DNA from: Gonapodya sp. JEL0774
Lineage: Eukaryota
Length of the DNA stretch: 64,000 nt
Assembly (NCBI GenBank): GCA_027604505.1
Contig: JADIIX010000037.1
Span: forward strand, 62,001 to 126,000
Direction: 5' to 3'
Position numbers and translations under genes: made by a program. The notes under the pieces are model-generated. The model did no database searches and was not told the origin of the DNA. It saw nothing but the letters and a program-made list of their open reading frames with translations. Positions 63,015-64,000 of this stretch are shown in pieces (position 1 is the first letter of the stretch; each line of letters opens with the position of its first letter).

Positions 63015-64000
63015 TCATAGCTTCGCCACCGTTTTATGCAACCCCATCTCTTCCTCGACGGTCCTCACAGCAATGGTGGTCTTTACCACAGAGTCCGGAG
63101 TAAGGGACATGGCCTGAATACCAAGCTTGACCAAGTACTCTGCAATTTCGGGATAGTCGGATGGAGCTGCCAATGGACGTCAGAACGTTAGCTAATCGCT
63201 GCAATATAGAGCATCAGAACACTTGTCCACTGACCTTGTCCACCTGTGTATGTGCAGAATATGCAATAACATTGTGAAGCTGACTGTAACTCTTCGGGAG
63301 GAAGACATGCCTCTCTGTTACTCACAGATCCCACTGTGCTTCTTGTTCCGCTTACAACCTTCCACTGCCATCTTCAGCATTGCTTTCATCCCTGGATCCC
63401 GCTCATCGAAAGATTTAGCTACAATTCCGTTCTGAATTGACATTAAGGACGATAAACGCGACCTCAGGAACATATGTTGCGTCGCTGTGCAACAGAAGGT
63501 AGAACACCTACGTCGCGATCTATTCCCAGTGTAAGCTGTGTGAGATCATTGCTCCCTATTGAGAACCCATCAAAGAGTTTGGAGAACTCGTCGATCAGAA
63601 TGACATTGTTTGGGATTTCACACACTGGGCAAGAATTATGTGGACCGGTGCCAAGATACCCCACAATGGAAGACTCTAAACTCACTAACGTAGACTTTAA
63701 GTCCATTCACTCCTCGCACGAGCCCATGCCGGGCCATGGTGTTCACCACCGCCTGACCCTCTTTCACAGTTCGACAAAACGGCACCATCACCTTCATCCA
63801 CGAAAACCGAATCGAAATTAACGTCACGACGAAATCGCTTGCACAAAATTAGACACTTTCGACTCACTATTAAGTTTGTCATACCCATGTCGTCCCTCAC
63901 TCTCTTCAATGCAGTGCATTCGAGAGCGAAACCCTCCTCGTAAGCCGCGTGCGTATATCGTGAGGCTCCGCGGAACCCAATCATCGGATTTTCTTCTACA
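63015..64000 (-). CDS. ppsA: Phosphoenolpyruvate synthase (pyruvate,water dikinase), 3' part only; five introns; ends -AKL
   Basis: [71 protein letters not shown] and GICGQAPSDYP match the PpsA C-terminal domain. Exons: >64000-63868, 63791-63686, 63624-63512, 63431-63326, 63243-63235, 63166-63015. Confidence 0.93.

Noticed and set aside
63015..64000. Bacterial contamination explaining ppsA (and the YhhW-like pirins)
   Set aside because: These genes carry multiple spliceosomal introns and are contiguous with eukaryotic genes.
1..64000. CRISPR arrays, rRNA, tRNA, LTR or DNA transposon ORFs; long antisense ORFs over the main genes
   Set aside because: No repeat-spacer periodicity, RNA-gene signature or RT/integrase/transposase motif was seen. 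Antisense ORFs are shadows of coding sequence.

Overview
Intron-rich eukaryotic DNA (GT-AG introns of about 50-340 nt). It most likely comes from a zoosporic, chytrid-grade fungus: fungus-type Zn2Cys6 transcription factors co-occur with the axonemal genes AK9 and CFAP74 (taxonomy is inference). About 20 protein-coding genes can be reconstructed by hand, in this order: AK9-like, membrane-anchored pepsin-like protease, aldo-keto reductase, DHA2-type MFS transporter, secreted beta-propeller protein, a large low-complexity protein with repeated PB1/ubiquitin-like domains, F-box protein, HTD2-like dehydratase. A duplication-rich block follows at about 29-55 kb, with three Zn2Cys6 paralogues, three YhhW-type pirins, a subtilisin, a membrane-anchored Cys-GPx, an SDR, two type II membrane methyltransferases and an F-box gene. 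The window ends with CFAP74-like and the 3' end of a prokaryote-type PEP synthase (ppsA). Highlights: (1) the intron-containing PpsA ends in a canonical peroxisomal signal (-AKL) and uses a 9-nt microexon at its active-site Cys; (2) two near-identical ~1.35 kb pirin-plus-promoter copies form an inverted repeat around an ~8.6 kb five-gene cassette that could be invertible; (3) two tandem SAM methyltransferases have Golgi-like type II topology; (4) a ~180 bp foldback with a perfect 30-bp palindrome sits just after pirin A; (5) paralogues show gene-conversion-like mosaicism. Exon boundaries and identity estimates were read by eye, and no database searches were run.
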